In this document: positions 9,950-22,124 of the stretch, piece by piece
Numbering within the stretch: the first letter of the stretch is position 1
Layout: each line of letters opens with the position of its first letter
NCBI GenBank assembly: GCA_020184695.1
Contig: JAANOX010000248.1
Span: 195,452 to 259,451, forward strand
Source: Histomonas meleagridis 2922-C6/04-290x
Lineage: Eukaryota; Protista; Parabasalia
Length of the DNA stretch: 64,000 nucleotides
Reading direction: 5' to 3'
Program-made: the position numbers and the translations under genes
Notes under the pieces: model-generated
Told to the model about the DNA's origin: nothing
Seen by the model: only the letters and a program-made list of their open reading frames with translations
Database searches by the model: none

Positions 9950-12877
9950 ATGGAAAAATCAAGCAATATGCAAATGCTGTATATGCTTGAGAATATATTG
10001 TTAAATATAAATAAAGAAAATATAGAATCTTCAATTGAAAAAACCATTCTTTTATTTGATAAAAATTATCCTTCATCTTTTAATAACATTATATGTTTAT
10101 TAATTTTTTCATTATTTTCTTCACGAAAACAAGAAGCAGATATATATCTAAATTATTTACAATTATTAAATAACAAAGAAAAAGAAATTAATCCCAAAAA
10201 TAATATCATTGATTTATTTTGTGAATTTATATGTAAAAAGAAAAAACAAGAATCATTTTATTTATTAGAAAAGATGATAAAACAACATATGGTTGATTCA
10301 AGTGTAACTGAAAATTTTACTTCTAAATATTTTGCACATTACAAAACTAAAAAAATTGGGAGTAAAATGTATTATGGCGATCCATTTTGTAGTGACTTTT
10401 TATATAACATTGAGAAACTTTCTGAAAATAATTGGGAACTACATTTAAAATATATAAATGAAGGAGGTAATCTGTTAGAAATAACAAAAGTAATTCGTAA
10501 TGATGATATTGGAAAATTACAAGAAATATCATCACAAGAAAACTTTGATTTTGATCAAAAGATTAAACCATCACTATATGAAAAATTTTCTTTTATTAAC
10601 AAAGAAGGTATATCATTAATTGATTATGCAGCTTTTTTTGTCTCAATAAAATGTTTTAAATATTTAATGTTAAATAATTGTAATCTTTATAATACAAGTA
10701 AATATGCAGTTGCAGGTGGAAATTTAGAAATAATTAAACTTTGTGAACAAAAGGATATTTCATTTAGTGGTGCATTTAAAACAGCAATTAAATTCCATAA
10801 AAATGATATATTTCATTATCTATATGAAAATATGTTTAATAAAATTAGTGATGAATTTGTTCCAATAAAAGTTCATAAGATATTAAATCGATTAAAATTT
10901 TCTTTAAATGATAAAATATTAAATTTTTTAGGTAAACTTTGTATTAAAAGTAATAACTATGAAATTCTTTCATTTTTAGAAAAAGAAGGAATGAAAGTTA
11001 CTGCTTATGTTATTAATAAAGCTGCAAAAGTAGGGAATTTATTCCTGACTAAATACTTTTTTGAGAAATATCATGTTCCAAAAAATATCTTAGCTGATGC
11101 TACACAATCAGAAAATATAGAAATTATTAATTATATTCTTAAACAAGATGGAATCCTTGTTAATGCTAAAAGTTTTTCTTCATTTATTTTGATATTTATT
11201 TATATGTTTTTAATGTTTTAATATATATTTTGATGTTATTTTTTATTATTTGATGTTTCACTTGTTTATGCAACTGAAGTTGGTAATATAGAAATCGTGA
11301 AAATTTTATTGAATTTACCTGATATTAATGTAAATACTAGAGGTAAGATTTTTTTAGATAATTTAATATTTTATATTTCTACTTGGTGTTTATTTTAATA
11401 TATTAAAGCAGCACTTATTTTTGCAACATTGAATAACAATATTGAAATTACTAAATTACTTTTAAATCATAAAGATATAGATGTTAATAAAAAACATATT
11501 AATCTCAATTATTTATGATTTCATCAATTTGTATAATGTTTTTTTAAATGCTTTAAAACTCCATTATTTTTTGCAATCCAACATAATTATCCAGAAATTT
11601 TTAATTTACTTCTGAATCACAACAAAATTGATTTAAATATAACCGGTATTATATTAATTTTTTTGAAGTTTGTTTAAACTATTTAATGTTTTAGAATAAT
11701 ATTTAGAATTTATTTCATCTTTTTAGAACAGTTCTTATAGAAGCATGTAGAAAATCTCGTGAAGAAATGGTTAAATTACTTCTTGAACGAAAAGAAACCG
11801 ATATAAACGTAAATGCAAGAGATGTTAATTAATTTTTATTAAATTTAAATATAACATTTTGATATTTCATAAATATATTTGGAAATTCTTCAAATTATAT
11901 TATACAGCACTTATGCATGCAATTAATGGAAGTTATGTAAAAATAATAAAATTACTTCTTCAAGTCGAAGGAATTGATGTTAATGTTAAAAATATTTTTT
12001 TGTTATATATAAAATTTGTTTATTTGTTTAATATTTTTTAGTTTTATATGGAAATCAATCAAATTATTTTCAACAGCACTTATTTTAGCAGTTGAAAGAG
12101 GTTGTCTTAATATAGTTAAGTTACTTCTTGAGAAAAATGGAATTGATGTTAATATTAAAAATATTTTTATTGTTTTATTTGTTATTTATTTAACCTATAT
12201 AAAATTTCAAAATAAAATTTGCTAATTATCTAAATTATTTAAATCAGCCATAACTATAGCAATTGAACAGAAAAATTTAAATATATTTAAAGTACTTCTT
12301 GATCATAAAGGAATTGATATTAATTCTACAGATATTTTTTTGTATTATTTAAAGTATTTTATAATAATTTAAAATCTCAAAATAAAATTTGGAGTTTCTC
12401 CAAATATTTTAATACATTACTTATGATAGCAGTCAAAAAAGGTACTACTGATTTTGTTAAATTAATTCTTTTGAAAAATTATAAAGATATTAATAAGACA
12501 AATGTTTATTTGTTTCGTTTAATGTTAACATTAACATATTTCATGTTACAAAAAATTATTTGGGAATTATTTTAAACATTTAAAACAGCACTTATGAAAG
12601 CAGTTTCAATTGGTAACAAAGAAATTGTGGAGTTACTTCTTGATCAAAAAGGAATTGATTCAAATATTGTGGCAGTTGTTTCACTGTATCTTGTGTTGAT
12701 TTTATTATTATAATATTTCAAAATATTATTTGGAATATATTTAAATCATTCGACACAGCGTTTTCTATTGCAGCTTCAAAATCTGCTCTGTTTATTTTGG
12801 GATTACTTATAAAAAGAAATGAAGGAAATGAAAAAACGTCAAATTTTACAAGAGCATGTTTGGTTATACCAAAATAG
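9950..12877 (+). CDS. Interrupted ankyrin-repeat gene A: DUF3447-type N-terminal domain followed by 10 spacer-separated ankyrin repeats
   Basis: ORF runs to 11221 (IRNDDIGKLQEI..., SLIDYAAFF..IKCFKYL). Stop-free units at 11252, 11405, 11555, 11725, 11901, 12070, 12241, 12411, 12582 and 12752 (e.g. STALILAVERGCLNIVKLLLEKNGIDVNIKN). Spacers are 78,60,57,77,77,76,78,77,78,77 nt; final stop at 12875-77. Confidence 0.85.
11174..12751 (+). repeat. Ankyrin unit + AT-rich spacer tandem array A (~170-bp period)
   Basis: Recurrent ACAGCACTT...AAATTACTTCTT...GGAATTGATRTTAAT followed by T-rich spacers with ATTTGG. Confidence 0.9.
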
Positions 12878-13317
12878 TTTAGACTCAACATTTTTCATAA
12901 AAATACTATTTATTCCAAATATTAAGTGATTTTAATTTTTATTCTAACATATTTTTAGATAGCACAACAGCTTGTATTCGAATTTAAATTGCGATCGCTA
13001 TCATATCAATTTACTGTATTATTTTTCGGGGGTATGTACAATTCCTCTTATTTCCAATTTTTTTCTATTCAATTGTTAATTAAAGTTTTAACATGAAAGA
13101 ATTGCTTGATTGCATTTTGGTGCAATTTTTATTTATTATAAACTTTCCTTAATTTATAACATATATGTCCGTTTATGCAGAACTTAGACTTTGAGTAATT
13201 TTTTCCTTTTATTACATTTGTGGAAACTGTGGCACTTTTTATCCGTAAAAAATAAGGTGTGTGGGGAATCGAACCTGAGGCGCTATTAAATTTTTGTTTT
13301 GCTCGACCAAAATTTAA

Positions 13318-15558
13318 ATGGAAGCCGAAAATCTACAAACTCTTATTCGAAAGGAAAATATAAATGTTTGCTTTGAAAAAATTATAGAATTAACAAAAGA
13401 CCATGATAATCTTTTACAAATTCTCGAATTAATTGCAATCCAAATATCTGATGACAAACCAGAATTTCGAGGAAAATATCTCACCTTAATGTCTTCAATA
13501 ATTGAACAACATGTGAATGAATTAGATGCATCTGAACTTCGAGAACGTTTTCAAAATTGTCTTCCACAAGTTGGACATCATGTTGTAAAACGTGTCCGTC
13601 GTCTCACTTACGCATTGTGTCTTTTGTGTATATCTAAGTCAGGTTTATTAAAAGATGATACCCAATTAGCAATTGAATTTATAAATGAAATTTTATCAAT
13701 TGGAGAAAATAATAAATGTTTTCGTACTCTTTGCTACCAAACCGCCATTGACATAGTATTGCAATTCTTTCCAACTGATTATAAGCAAGTCCTTAATATT
13801 TTCAAAAACCAAAAAGAAGATGCACCATCATCAGCAGACAGATTATACCTTTGGTTAGTTCTGTCGCGTCATTATCCAAAAATCAAACTTAATAAAGAAT
13901 TTCAGATCAATCTATCTCCAAAATCCTTTGAAAAATTCCAACCAATATTAAGTGAAACAGTCACAAATTCCGTTTCAATACATCCTCTTCTCTGTTTACT
14001 TTCTGAAAATCACTCATCTGATTTAATAAGTTTATCATCGTCTCTATATATGGAGGATCAATTCAATCATCCTATTATGTCAGCTCTTATTGCGTCTTCA
14101 ATTCCATATCTTGATTCCAACGAATTTATAACATTTCTTAAAAATCGCAAATTATTTAACTCTTCAATTTCCATACCACACAACGCTTGGCTTGTTCAAT
14201 CCATCAAACGCAAACTTACTGCCATGATAAATAATTCAGATCCACTAATGCATAAAGTGTTAAATATTATTCTTACATATCCACGCGATCATTTACATAA
14301 ATTTTTATTTAATTACATTCGAAACTGTTTTACACTTTTTAATGATGAACAAACATTAGAAATCATTAATGAAACCAAAGAATTATCATTTAATGTTGCA
14401 TATAAATTACTTTCGGCACAAATCCATCGCGAACGTATCAACAATTTTGGTATTATTAAGGAAATACTTCAAAAGGCTACTTCGAAAGTTTCTAATGAAA
14501 AAGATCGAATTAAACTTTCGGAATTTATTAATAATATTATGCGTCGAACTACTAATGATGGTAAACCACTTCTAACAGAATCATTAGGTATCGAGATGCC
14601 AATAATCAAAGAAACAAATTCACGAAAAGAAATTTCACAAATTTCTAATGAAGTAATTTCGATGATTAATTCCATAAATAATATCATTGGAATCAACGAA
14701 AACTTTGATGTTATTAAACCGAATAAAACATCTTTTATCGAATTTGTATCGAAACTTATTAAAAGTTCATATCCGCATTATAAAAACATTGGAATCGAAC
14801 TATTAAAATGCGGAATTTTTGCTCTTTCTTCTTCTTCTGTCAATATAATTTCGGATATTCCCGAGTTATTACAAATCGCAATTAAGCGAGAAGATTTATG
14901 TAAATATGTAATTCCGTATTACATCCAAAAAATTAACGAAATTCCAACTTCTGATGATATGTTTACATTTCCATTAACGCAAGAAGATTCATATGAAGTT
15001 ATACCAATTGTTATGAATGAGTTTAAAGGCGAAATTAAAAACGAATCACAAATTAAAATTATCGAAAGTTTGTTTTCATTATTAAATGAAGAACAAATTA
15101 TTGAAGTTATCATACAACAAATTGATAAAATTGTTTCGGATGAAAATAACGCAATTGGCGGTACATATATTATATTAATGAAAATTAAACAATCATTTAA
15201 TCTTGCAAATAGTGTAATGAAATATATTTTGGAAATTGTACCAAAATATATAACAAAACAATCCGCAATGAAAAACTTGAGATTGTGGATGGCAGAATGC
15301 GTGAAATATGATGAAATTGATGTTAATGATATAGAAAACGCTGTGTTTACATTGGTAAACGTCGAATACCAAACATCGGCATCAGGAAAGAAAAAGGCAG
15401 AAGCTGCAATGAGTTGGGCACTGAAAACATTAAAAGCAACTGAGAGGAAAATACCATGCGAAATGTTCGAGAAATTGGGCGATGTCATAGAAAAAACTGG
15501 TTCAAGAGCCGCAGCTTCAATGTTGAAAAATATTATAAATATGAATAAAGAGAATTAA
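13318..15558 (+). CDS. Hypothetical helical (HEAT/ARM-like) protein
   Basis: 746-aa ATG ORF, L/I-rich amphipathic helices; family not recognised. Confidence 0.7.
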   Translation: MEAENLQTLIRKENINVCFEKIIELTKDHDNLLQILELIAIQISDDKPEFRGKYLTLMSSIIEQHVNELDASELRERFQNCLPQVGHHVVKRVRRLTYALCLLCISKSGLLKDDTQLAIEFINEILSIGENNKCFRTLCYQTAIDIVLQFFPTDYKQVLNIFKNQKEDAPSSADRLYLWLVLSRHYPKIKLNKEFQINLSPKSFEKFQPILSETVTNSVSIHPLLCLLSENHSSDLISLSSSLYMEDQFNHPIMSALIASSIPYLDSNEFITFLKNRKLFNSSISIPHNAWLVQSIKRKLTAMINNSDPLMHKVLNIILTYPRDHLHKFLFNYIRNCFTLFNDEQTLEIINETKELSFNVAYKLLSAQIHRERINNFGIIKEILQKATSKVSNEKDRIKLSEFINNIMRRTTNDGKPLLTESLGIEMPIIKETNSRKEISQISNEVISMINSINNIIGINENFDVIKPNKTSFIEFVSKLIKSSYPHYKNIGIELLKCGIFALSSSSVNIISDIPELLQIAIKREDLCKYVIPYYIQKINEIPTSDDMFTFPLTQEDSYEVIPIVMNEFKGEIKNESQIKIIESLFSLLNEEQIIEVIIQQIDKIVSDENNAIGGTYIILMKIKQSFNLANSVMKYILEIVPKYITKQSAMKNLRLWMAECVKYDEIDVNDIENAVFTLVNVEYQTSASGKKKAEAAMSWALKTLKATERKIPCEMFEKLGDVIEKTGSRAAASMLKNIINMNKEN

Positions 15559-15776
15559 CTTATAATAATTCGTGTTATAAGGTTTTTATTTCTGATTTAA
15601 ATATTTAAAAATAATATAAACTTCAAATAAAATAATGTGTATCATTAAGAGGAAATAGAAATCTCAAAAATTTTTTAATAAAATATATATTATATATTTG
15701 AACCAATTTCCCAAAGGTTTTAGAATACCGTTTATGTACGTTTATAAAAATGGTAAACGTACAAAAAAATTAAAAA

Positions 15777-16376
15777 ATGTATTATTCCCCAAAAGAAAAT
15801 TTATCGCCAAATATACAGCCCGAAGGAAAACGTCGAAATCATACTCCATTCCGTGCAAGTCCTTCACTTTCTCGGAAAGCAAGAAATTCATTACTTACAG
15901 AAAATTTACTTGATAATAGTCCAATAAGTGACTCAACAGACTTAGAATTCGAAGAAGTTAAAAAGCGGATTGAAAAAAATCAAAATGATGAAATGGTATG
16001 GAAAGAAAATATTGATGATATTTTGGAAAATGAAAATGAACTCGTTCGTTCACTCAATTTTGACCATGAAGAAAGGTACAGCCTTGGTGAAATACAAAGG
16101 AAAAGTGAATATGCACAACTTCTTCAAGAATCTTACCAACTTGATGAAGAAATTGATTTTATGAATGCAATGTTTGATGCCATGGAGGACAATTTCGTCG
16201 AAATGTTCAGCCAAATAACTTTCAAAAGACTTTCTGCTGAATTTGAAGAAAAGTACCATCGAAAACCAAAGAAAATCAATCTATTTGAGTTAATTGGAAC
16301 TCTTAAACTCGACGAAAACCCATATACTGAATGGGCACCCATGATAGAGAAACATATTTATAACAATCTCAAATAA
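15777..16376 (+). CDS. Hypothetical protein
   Basis: 199-aa ATG ORF with acidic coiled-coil character. Confidence 0.6.
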   Translation: MYYSPKENLSPNIQPEGKRRNHTPFRASPSLSRKARNSLLTENLLDNSPISDSTDLEFEEVKKRIEKNQNDEMVWKENIDDILENENELVRSLNFDHEERYSLGEIQRKSEYAQLLQESYQLDEEIDFMNAMFDAMEDNFVEMFSQITFKRLSAEFEEKYHRKPKKINLFELIGTLKLDENPYTEWAPMIEKHIYNNLK

Positions 16377-16409
16377 ATATTTCGAATATTTTATTATTAT
16401 TTTACAAAA

Positions 16410-17708
16410 TCACACAATAATATTTGGTCTTTTTGGTATCATTTGTTCTTGCGCCATATCGCAATATTCTGCAGACACAAATTGTAACATTTCCTTAGCA
16501 TTTACGAGGTCATCTTCTTCCGCTCCATAATCTGTATAATGTTTTAGATACGCTTTCGCTCTAAATAATTTATTAAACCTTTCGACCATTGTATCAAACA
16601 TATTATGTATAGCCGAAGTATTTGTTAAGCAGAGCACAGATAACTTCGAATAAAGCGGCGGATTATTACAAATACCAATTTTCCATCCATCGCTATTCCA
16701 TGGCGGAAAATGCATTCCGGATGACATTTTATCGATGCTTTGTCTTATTGAGTTCAATGTTACATCGCCTCGAATAAGTAATGCATTAGATAAATATGTT
16801 CCTGAATGTGGATCAACATCACATAATGACGCCTTAGAACTCATTGCTTCCGTAAAGAACCCACTAACACTTCGTGGTGCATTCTTAGGAATGATAGGTG
16901 ATATTCCGGATACAAGAAACTTATGATTAGGAAATGGAATCATGTTCGTTTCGATTTCACGAAGATCAACATTCATTTTGCCAGAAAATCGTGAGCCGGC
17001 TGTAAGATCGAGAAGAAAATTGGCAACAACAGTGTTCATTTGATCATATGCACCTTGCGTCTGTTGTTCATAACCATATACATAATTTTGTAATGCGGAA
17101 TTATCAATTGGAAAAACACAATCAGCATATTGACAAAGATGTGAACATGACATTACACAGTTATATGGTGAAATAACAACATCAGATGATGTAGATGGAG
17201 TAACTACAGTGGCCATTTTCCATTGTTTTGGATATTCATCAGCAAGATTCTCAAGAATATATGAGCCAAAGCCAGAGCCTGTGCCACCTCCTAGAGAATG
17301 AAGCATGAAAAATGAATCTAAATGATCTGTATTTTCAGCAAGACGTCGGATTTTCTCAAAAACTATAGGACCAAGATCAACACCATGGCCATGATAACCA
17401 AAAGACCAACTATTAGCTGAGCTAGTGGCATCAAAAGAAATATTACAGCCTTGAAATATTCGACCTATTTTTGATTCTTGAAGTTTTTTAGTAACATTAA
17501 GTTCAGTATCAATTAAAACAGCACGAGCACGGACTTTGTTTAAAGTTGAAAATGAGCCGCCATCCCCAACTTCAAAAAAGGATTGATAAGAAAGATCATA
17601 TGGTGATTGCTTGTGATAATTTACATGTTCTTGAAGTGCTTTCTCCCAAAACTTCCAGCCAATTTGATTGCCTGCTTGTCCAATTTGGAGAAAGATGATT
17701 TCAGACAT
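16410..17708 (-). CDS. TUBE1: Epsilon-tubulin
   Basis: QIGQAGNQIG, RARAVLID.E, HSLGGGTGSG, DVVISPYN, ADCVFPIDN, N...ANFLLDLT..SRFSG.MNVDL.EI match the epsilon rather than alpha/beta class. Confidence 0.85.
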   Translation of the reverse strand: MSEIIFLQIGQAGNQIGWKFWEKALQEHVNYHKQSPYDLSYQSFFEVGDGGSFSTLNKVRARAVLIDTELNVTKKLQESKIGRIFQGCNISFDATSSANSWSFGYHGHGVDLGPIVFEKIRRLAENTDHLDSFFMLHSLGGGTGSGFGSYILENLADEYPKQWKMATVVTPSTSSDVVISPYNCVMSCSHLCQYADCVFPIDNSALQNYVYGYEQQTQGAYDQMNTVVANFLLDLTAGSRFSGKMNVDLREIETNMIPFPNHKFLVSGISPIIPKNAPRSVSGFFTEAMSSKASLCDVDPHSGTYLSNALLIRGDVTLNSIRQSIDKMSSGMHFPPWNSDGWKIGICNNPPLYSKLSVLCLTNTSAIHNMFDTMVERFNKLFRAKAYLKHYTDYGAEEDDLVNAKEMLQFVSAEYCDMAQEQMIPKRPNIIV

Positions 17709-17924
17709 AAAAACGTTTAAATATAAAAAACAATAAAAAGTGACAGTAATATCAGCATAAAAAAATGTTATTACAAATACGGCATTTGTATTCCCTCAAC
17801 TTGGTGTCAGCTTTTACAAAAAAATTGCGCTAATGTAAACAAAAAGTAAAGCTGTTCATGACTATAACAATCTAAATACATGTTTATTTGAAATCATATT
17901 TTGCTTTAAACAAGTGATTTTTCA

Positions 17925-18242
17925 TCATTCAAGAAGGCCTATGTCTTTTGCTCGTGATCCACATTTAGCCTTGATTCGTAAATGCATCTGTAAAGTACTA
18001 TCTGTAATTGGTATTGAAATTTTCTTCTCAGTGCGATCACATTCTATTAGATATGTAACAGGTTTATCATCTTCTATTTTAAATCTAACAGATATATAAT
18101 GTGCTGGAATTGGTTTTGTTTTTGTTGGCTTTGAAAACTTAACATTTACCCATGTTTGATCTTTTTCGTCTTTATATGGTTCAGTTAATGACACCATCCA
18201 TCCATTTTCCCAAGAGTCAATTAATTCGCGGCAACTTTCCAT
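17925..18242 (-). CDS. Small protein, possible AKAP14/AKAP28-like ciliary domain
   Basis: V.FSKPT..KPIP....SV.F.I.....V.Y..E pattern resembles the AKAP28 domain (recalled, not searched). Confidence 0.45.
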   Translation of the reverse strand: MESCRELIDSWENGWMVSLTEPYKDEKDQTWVNVKFSKPTKTKPIPAHYISVRFKIEDDKPVTYLIECDRTEKKISIPITDSTLQMHLRIKAKCGSRAKDIGLLE

Positions 18243-18329
18243 TTTTGCCAATTGTTCGTTTCTTCCTTAAAACTGCCAAAAAAATTTGAATTGATTTTTT
18301 TCTGCCGGTTGTGTCTGTTTAAAATTAAG

Positions 18330-19100
18330 ATGTCTTTGCCTTTTCGAAATCGACAAATGTCAAATCGTTCAATTTCGAAAAGGCTTTATACTGCACAAAG
18401 AGACGCTTTAATATTAAAGCAAAAAATGGAATCATTATTGCCAAATAGAAATTCACAAATTTTAACAATTGAGCTTCTTAGAGGAATTACTATTAAAGTT
18501 TTGGTTAAATCTAAATTGATAACACAGATTTTAATCAAATCACTCCAAAACTCAGGTGTAAAAGTTGCAGATAATGCAGATTATATTTTAACAGATTATA
18601 AAAAAGAAGAAATAGATTCACTCAAGAATTCAAATAAGAATATTAAAATTATTTTGGTAAAACAAGTACCTTTTCTTTTGGAAAATATTAATTTTTCTGA
18701 TTTCAAGGGGAGGCTAGTAATTTGCGATGCTTTTGGAAGGTTGCGTCCAAACTATAAAGATATTTCTCATATGCCACAACTTATATTAGCATCAATTCCT
18801 TATGATCAATTAATATCACCATTTTTTACCAACAAAAATCAAAACTCAACAGAAACTGACTTTTACATGAGCGTACTGGAGGCCCTCCCACGAGAAGGAG
18901 AACAACAACTTACAAACGGAGGATATTGTGAAATTTGCAATAAAAGATTTGTAAATGGAAGAGAGCATCAACAATCAGAAGAACACAAAAGAAATAATAC
19001 AGACTTGAAATGGGTCATGTTTGATCATTTGTCTTTATGTTTTAATCGGCTGCCACGAAAACAAATACAAACCTCTTTAATTATATCTCCAATTATATAA
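18330..19100 (+). CDS. Dbf4-like Cdc7 kinase regulatory subunit
   Basis: BRCT-like N region, motif-M-like VICDAFGRLRPNYK, and C-terminal Dbf4-type zinc finger GGYCEICNKRF....EHQQSEEH. Confidence 0.65.
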   Translation: MSLPFRNRQMSNRSISKRLYTAQRDALILKQKMESLLPNRNSQILTIELLRGITIKVLVKSKLITQILIKSLQNSGVKVADNADYILTDYKKEEIDSLKNSNKNIKIILVKQVPFLLENINFSDFKGRLVICDAFGRLRPNYKDISHMPQLILASIPYDQLISPFFTNKNQNSTETDFYMSVLEALPREGEQQLTNGGYCEICNKRFVNGREHQQSEEHKRNNTDLKWVMFDHLSLCFNRLPRKQIQTSLIISPII

Positions 19101-19180
19101 ACTTGTTTTGTTGTGTACGATTTTCGTTTTCATTTCATTTTGCAAAAATTTGAATATATTCATTTCAATAATAATTTATT

Positions 19181-19675
19181 TCAAACATGTGCTAATGCAA
19201 GATTTCCGGTTACAGGTCTCCCTTCACTATCCTCTAGCTTTACCAGAGGAAGTATTGGTTTAATTGTTTCTATGTTTTCATCAAACCATTTAATTAAAAC
19301 CTCTTTTCTTCTTTTTGCCTCTCTGTCTACTTTTAAATTTAACTGTAATGCTATAACCTCAGCCAAGCTCAAGAGCTCAGCTTGGTTAAGACTTGGACCA
19401 TAAAAATCACAAATTGTTTTCCATCCTTCACTGGTTTTTACAGAAAAACCTCGAAGTCTTTCATCTACTCTTTTCCGTTCTATTTCATTTTGATTTCTTG
19501 CCTGTTCAATTCCGCCATCGAATGCATTTCTTGTAAAATTTGATTCAGATGGGGGATTTCTTAAACATTGATTCAAGCTTTTTAGTCTATCAATCACGAA
19601 AGTTGAAGTCTGGATGTTCATTCTTACGATCGTGGATATCCTGCTAATAGCATCTTTGAGTCTCTGATTTTCCAT
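19181..19675 (-). CDS. Parabasalid-expanded family hypothetical protein
   Basis: ELLSLAEVIA..L.LKVDREAKRRKEVLIKWFDEN motif, recalled as recurrent in trichomonad hypothetical proteins. Confidence 0.65.
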   Translation of the reverse strand: MENQRLKDAISRISTIVRMNIQTSTFVIDRLKSLNQCLRNPPSESNFTRNAFDGGIEQARNQNEIERKRVDERLRGFSVKTSEGWKTICDFYGPSLNQAELLSLAEVIALQLNLKVDREAKRRKEVLIKWFDENIETIKPILPLVKLEDSEGRPVTGNLALAHV

Positions 19676-19793
19676 TTTTTGAGCAAAGCAAAATTGTCAC
19701 TTCACATGGACATTTTTTCAGGCGGTTTAAACAAGATATTGCATTGAAAAAAACGTCCGCGATTTCGAACAAACCTAGTCAATCAAAATGTAG

Positions 19794-20159
19794 ATGTTCG
19801 ATATAACTTCTCCTGAATTTTCTCAAATCATTCGTAATTATTGTGAACAGCAAAGGATTTCTGAAGCTAGACTTATAAGACAAGCATTTGATACACCAAT
19901 AAATTATTCTACTCTCAAAGCATTTAGAAATCAAAGTTTAAGTCAACAAATAGATGAAGCTCAATTTGAAATAAAAGTAATCAATGATGTAATTGAAAAT
20001 GATGCCATTACAGCTCCGCCAAAAAATCAACAACAGATCATTCAAAATTCACAGGCTTATCAGCAAAATCAAGTTGCAAAGTCATACATGAAAATGGAAG
20101 AAGAAAAGCTCAAGGCTCTTAAAGCACTCTACGCTCAAGACCAAAATACGCATGGATAA
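19794..20159 (+). CDS. Hypothetical Q-rich coiled-coil protein
   Basis: 121-aa ATG ORF. Confidence 0.55.
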   Translation: MFDITSPEFSQIIRNYCEQQRISEARLIRQAFDTPINYSTLKAFRNQSLSQQIDEAQFEIKVINDVIENDAITAPPKNQQQIIQNSQAYQQNQVAKSYMKMEEEKLKALKALYAQDQNTHG

Positions 20160-20216
20160 TATTGTATTATTTTTTTTGAATAAATGTTTGATATACTAAT
20201 ATTTTACTTACAATTT

Positions 20217-20795
20217 TTAACTTCTAGATTTCTTCTGACAATAATACTTAAAAACAGTAGTATTGAAAACTTCAATTAGATTACATCTTTTTGGAAGATT
20301 CCAGAAAATTTTGTCACCGTCTGAAGTATCTTGCCTATTAACAGCCCTTGCTAGTTGCTGTCCGCATGCCCATTTTGGCACTGGTTTTCCATTAAAAAAT
20401 TCCGAGTTTAAGTCTAAATCAAAAGACTTCATTGGTTCTTCATCTTCCCAATCACTCATTTCATATGAATCTCTTGGATTTTCATGACTACATGTAAGTG
20501 TAAAAAGAGGCCGTTCTTCGTATTTTGGATTTTCTGGTTGTAAATCAAAACGAAATTTAAAATTTTTGATATATTTTGGACCATTGCTATAATTTTGATC
20601 ATCATGGTCTGCTGGTATATTAGGCATAATCGGTGGGTCATCAATTTCTGGTGGTGGTATGAATGGATTTTCAATTTTATATTGATGAATTTGCAGTTCT
20701 CTGTATAGCCAAGACTTGTTTGAATGGAAGATGCGGTCTATTTCGTTTATTGCTGAATCTCCTAGAAAATTGATTTTTTGAACAATATTTTCCAT
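20217..20795 (-). CDS. INCENP IN-box (Aurora-binding) domain protein
   Basis: YEMSD.EDEE...KPVPKWA....L..AV..Q...D.DKIF......CNL.EVF resembles the INCENP_ARK-bind motif. Confidence 0.7.
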   Translation of the reverse strand: MENIVQKINFLGDSAINEIDRIFHSNKSWLYRELQIHQYKIENPFIPPPEIDDPPIMPNIPADHDDQNYSNGPKYIKNFKFRFDLQPENPKYEERPLFTLTCSHENPRDSYEMSDWEDEEPMKSFDLDLNSEFFNGKPVPKWACGQQLARAVNRQDTSDGDKIFWNLPKRCNLIEVFNTTVFKYYCQKKSRS

Positions 20796-21167
20796 TTGCC
20801 TCTTCCAATAATTATTAAACGGCAATGTTCCCGACCAAAAAAAAATTCCTTAGAATATTACATTAATTATCACTGAAATATGGAAACAACATTAGCCATG
20901 CATTTTTTAAATTATAATATTCAAGTCATTTGAACCTGATAATTTTTTTTAATTGATTTATTAATCAGCTCAATTTTCGAGATTTTTTTATTTATAGAAT
21001 AGCTACGATATAATATAAACTTTTTTATATTATTTTCTTTAAAATTCTTTTTATTAATCAGAAAAATTCAGGTTTAATGAAATCAATTTCTGACACCTTA
21101 ACGTACGGAAATATTTACGTTTAAAATTTTCTGAGACCATATTCGTACGTTTAGGTTTATTTTACAT

Positions 21168-22124
21168 ATGAGCAAGATCTCTGTCGCACGCAGAACCAAT
21201 GGATTAACTGATGCCAAGCTTAGCAGGAGGACGCCCTTAGGGCAATTAGCAAATCATACAGTTGCACGTCAACCAGTCCAAAAAGTTTCACAGATAACAC
21301 GTGTGATTCCGAGAGAGCCATTTAAACACACCGAAATCCCAATTGGTTCCATTGAAGATCCACAGGACGTTGTTGAATTCGAACATATCATATATCGTAC
21401 CATGCGTCAAAATGAAATTTCTGCAATACCACTTACCTTCAATCAGAAAGAAATAACCATGAAAGATCGAAATCTTCTTGTTGATGCCATGTGTCGCTTT
21501 CATTTTAAGTTATGTCTTACAACCAATGGTTTTTACAGATTCTTAGGTATATTAGATAGATTTATAACCACAGCACATATTCCACGACGCAAACTCATTC
21601 TTTATGGATGCGCTTGTTTATTCATAGCCTCCAAGATTGAAGATGTTCAACCAGCTCAATCTGATGATCTTATTGAATTGAGCCGACATGAATTTACACG
21701 AAACGAACTCTTTGAAGCCGAAAACTATGTAATTAACTCCATTGTTTTCGACACAACCTTCCCGACACCACTTTTCTTCCTTACGCAATTCATGAGAATT
21801 AGTGGTCAAACAAAGAAATCCATTCTCCTTGCACGGTATATTTTGGAAATATGCCAAAGCTCGGAACATTTCTTTGGTTCTAAGGCTTCTTTGATGGCAT
21901 CTGTCGCAGTGATGGCATGCAGATTATTATGTGGAGAAGAAAAATGGACAACTGAATTGAGACAATATACTATGTACACTGAAGAAGATTTAATGCCACA
22001 CATTAAAGTAGTGAAAGAGATGCTCTCTCAAAAGGATAGAGAGGAAACTAGATTCATGAGAAGGAAATACGGATCAGATTTGTTCTTAAACGTTGCTGAC
22101 GTCGATGTCTCAAAGTTGAACTAA
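21168..22124 (+). CDS. Mitotic (B/A-type) cyclin
   Basis: Destruction box RTPLGQLAN; cyclin box RNLLVDAM...H, L.L.G.ACLFIASKIED; ARYILE; C-terminal RKY. Confidence 0.9.
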   Translation: MSKISVARRTNGLTDAKLSRRTPLGQLANHTVARQPVQKVSQITRVIPREPFKHTEIPIGSIEDPQDVVEFEHIIYRTMRQNEISAIPLTFNQKEITMKDRNLLVDAMCRFHFKLCLTTNGFYRFLGILDRFITTAHIPRRKLILYGCACLFIASKIEDVQPAQSDDLIELSRHEFTRNELFEAENYVINSIVFDTTFPTPLFFLTQFMRISGQTKKSILLARYILEICQSSEHFFGSKASLMASVAVMACRLLCGEEKWTTELRQYTMYTEEDLMPHIKVVKEMLSQKDREETRFMRRKYGSDLFLNVADVDVSKLN

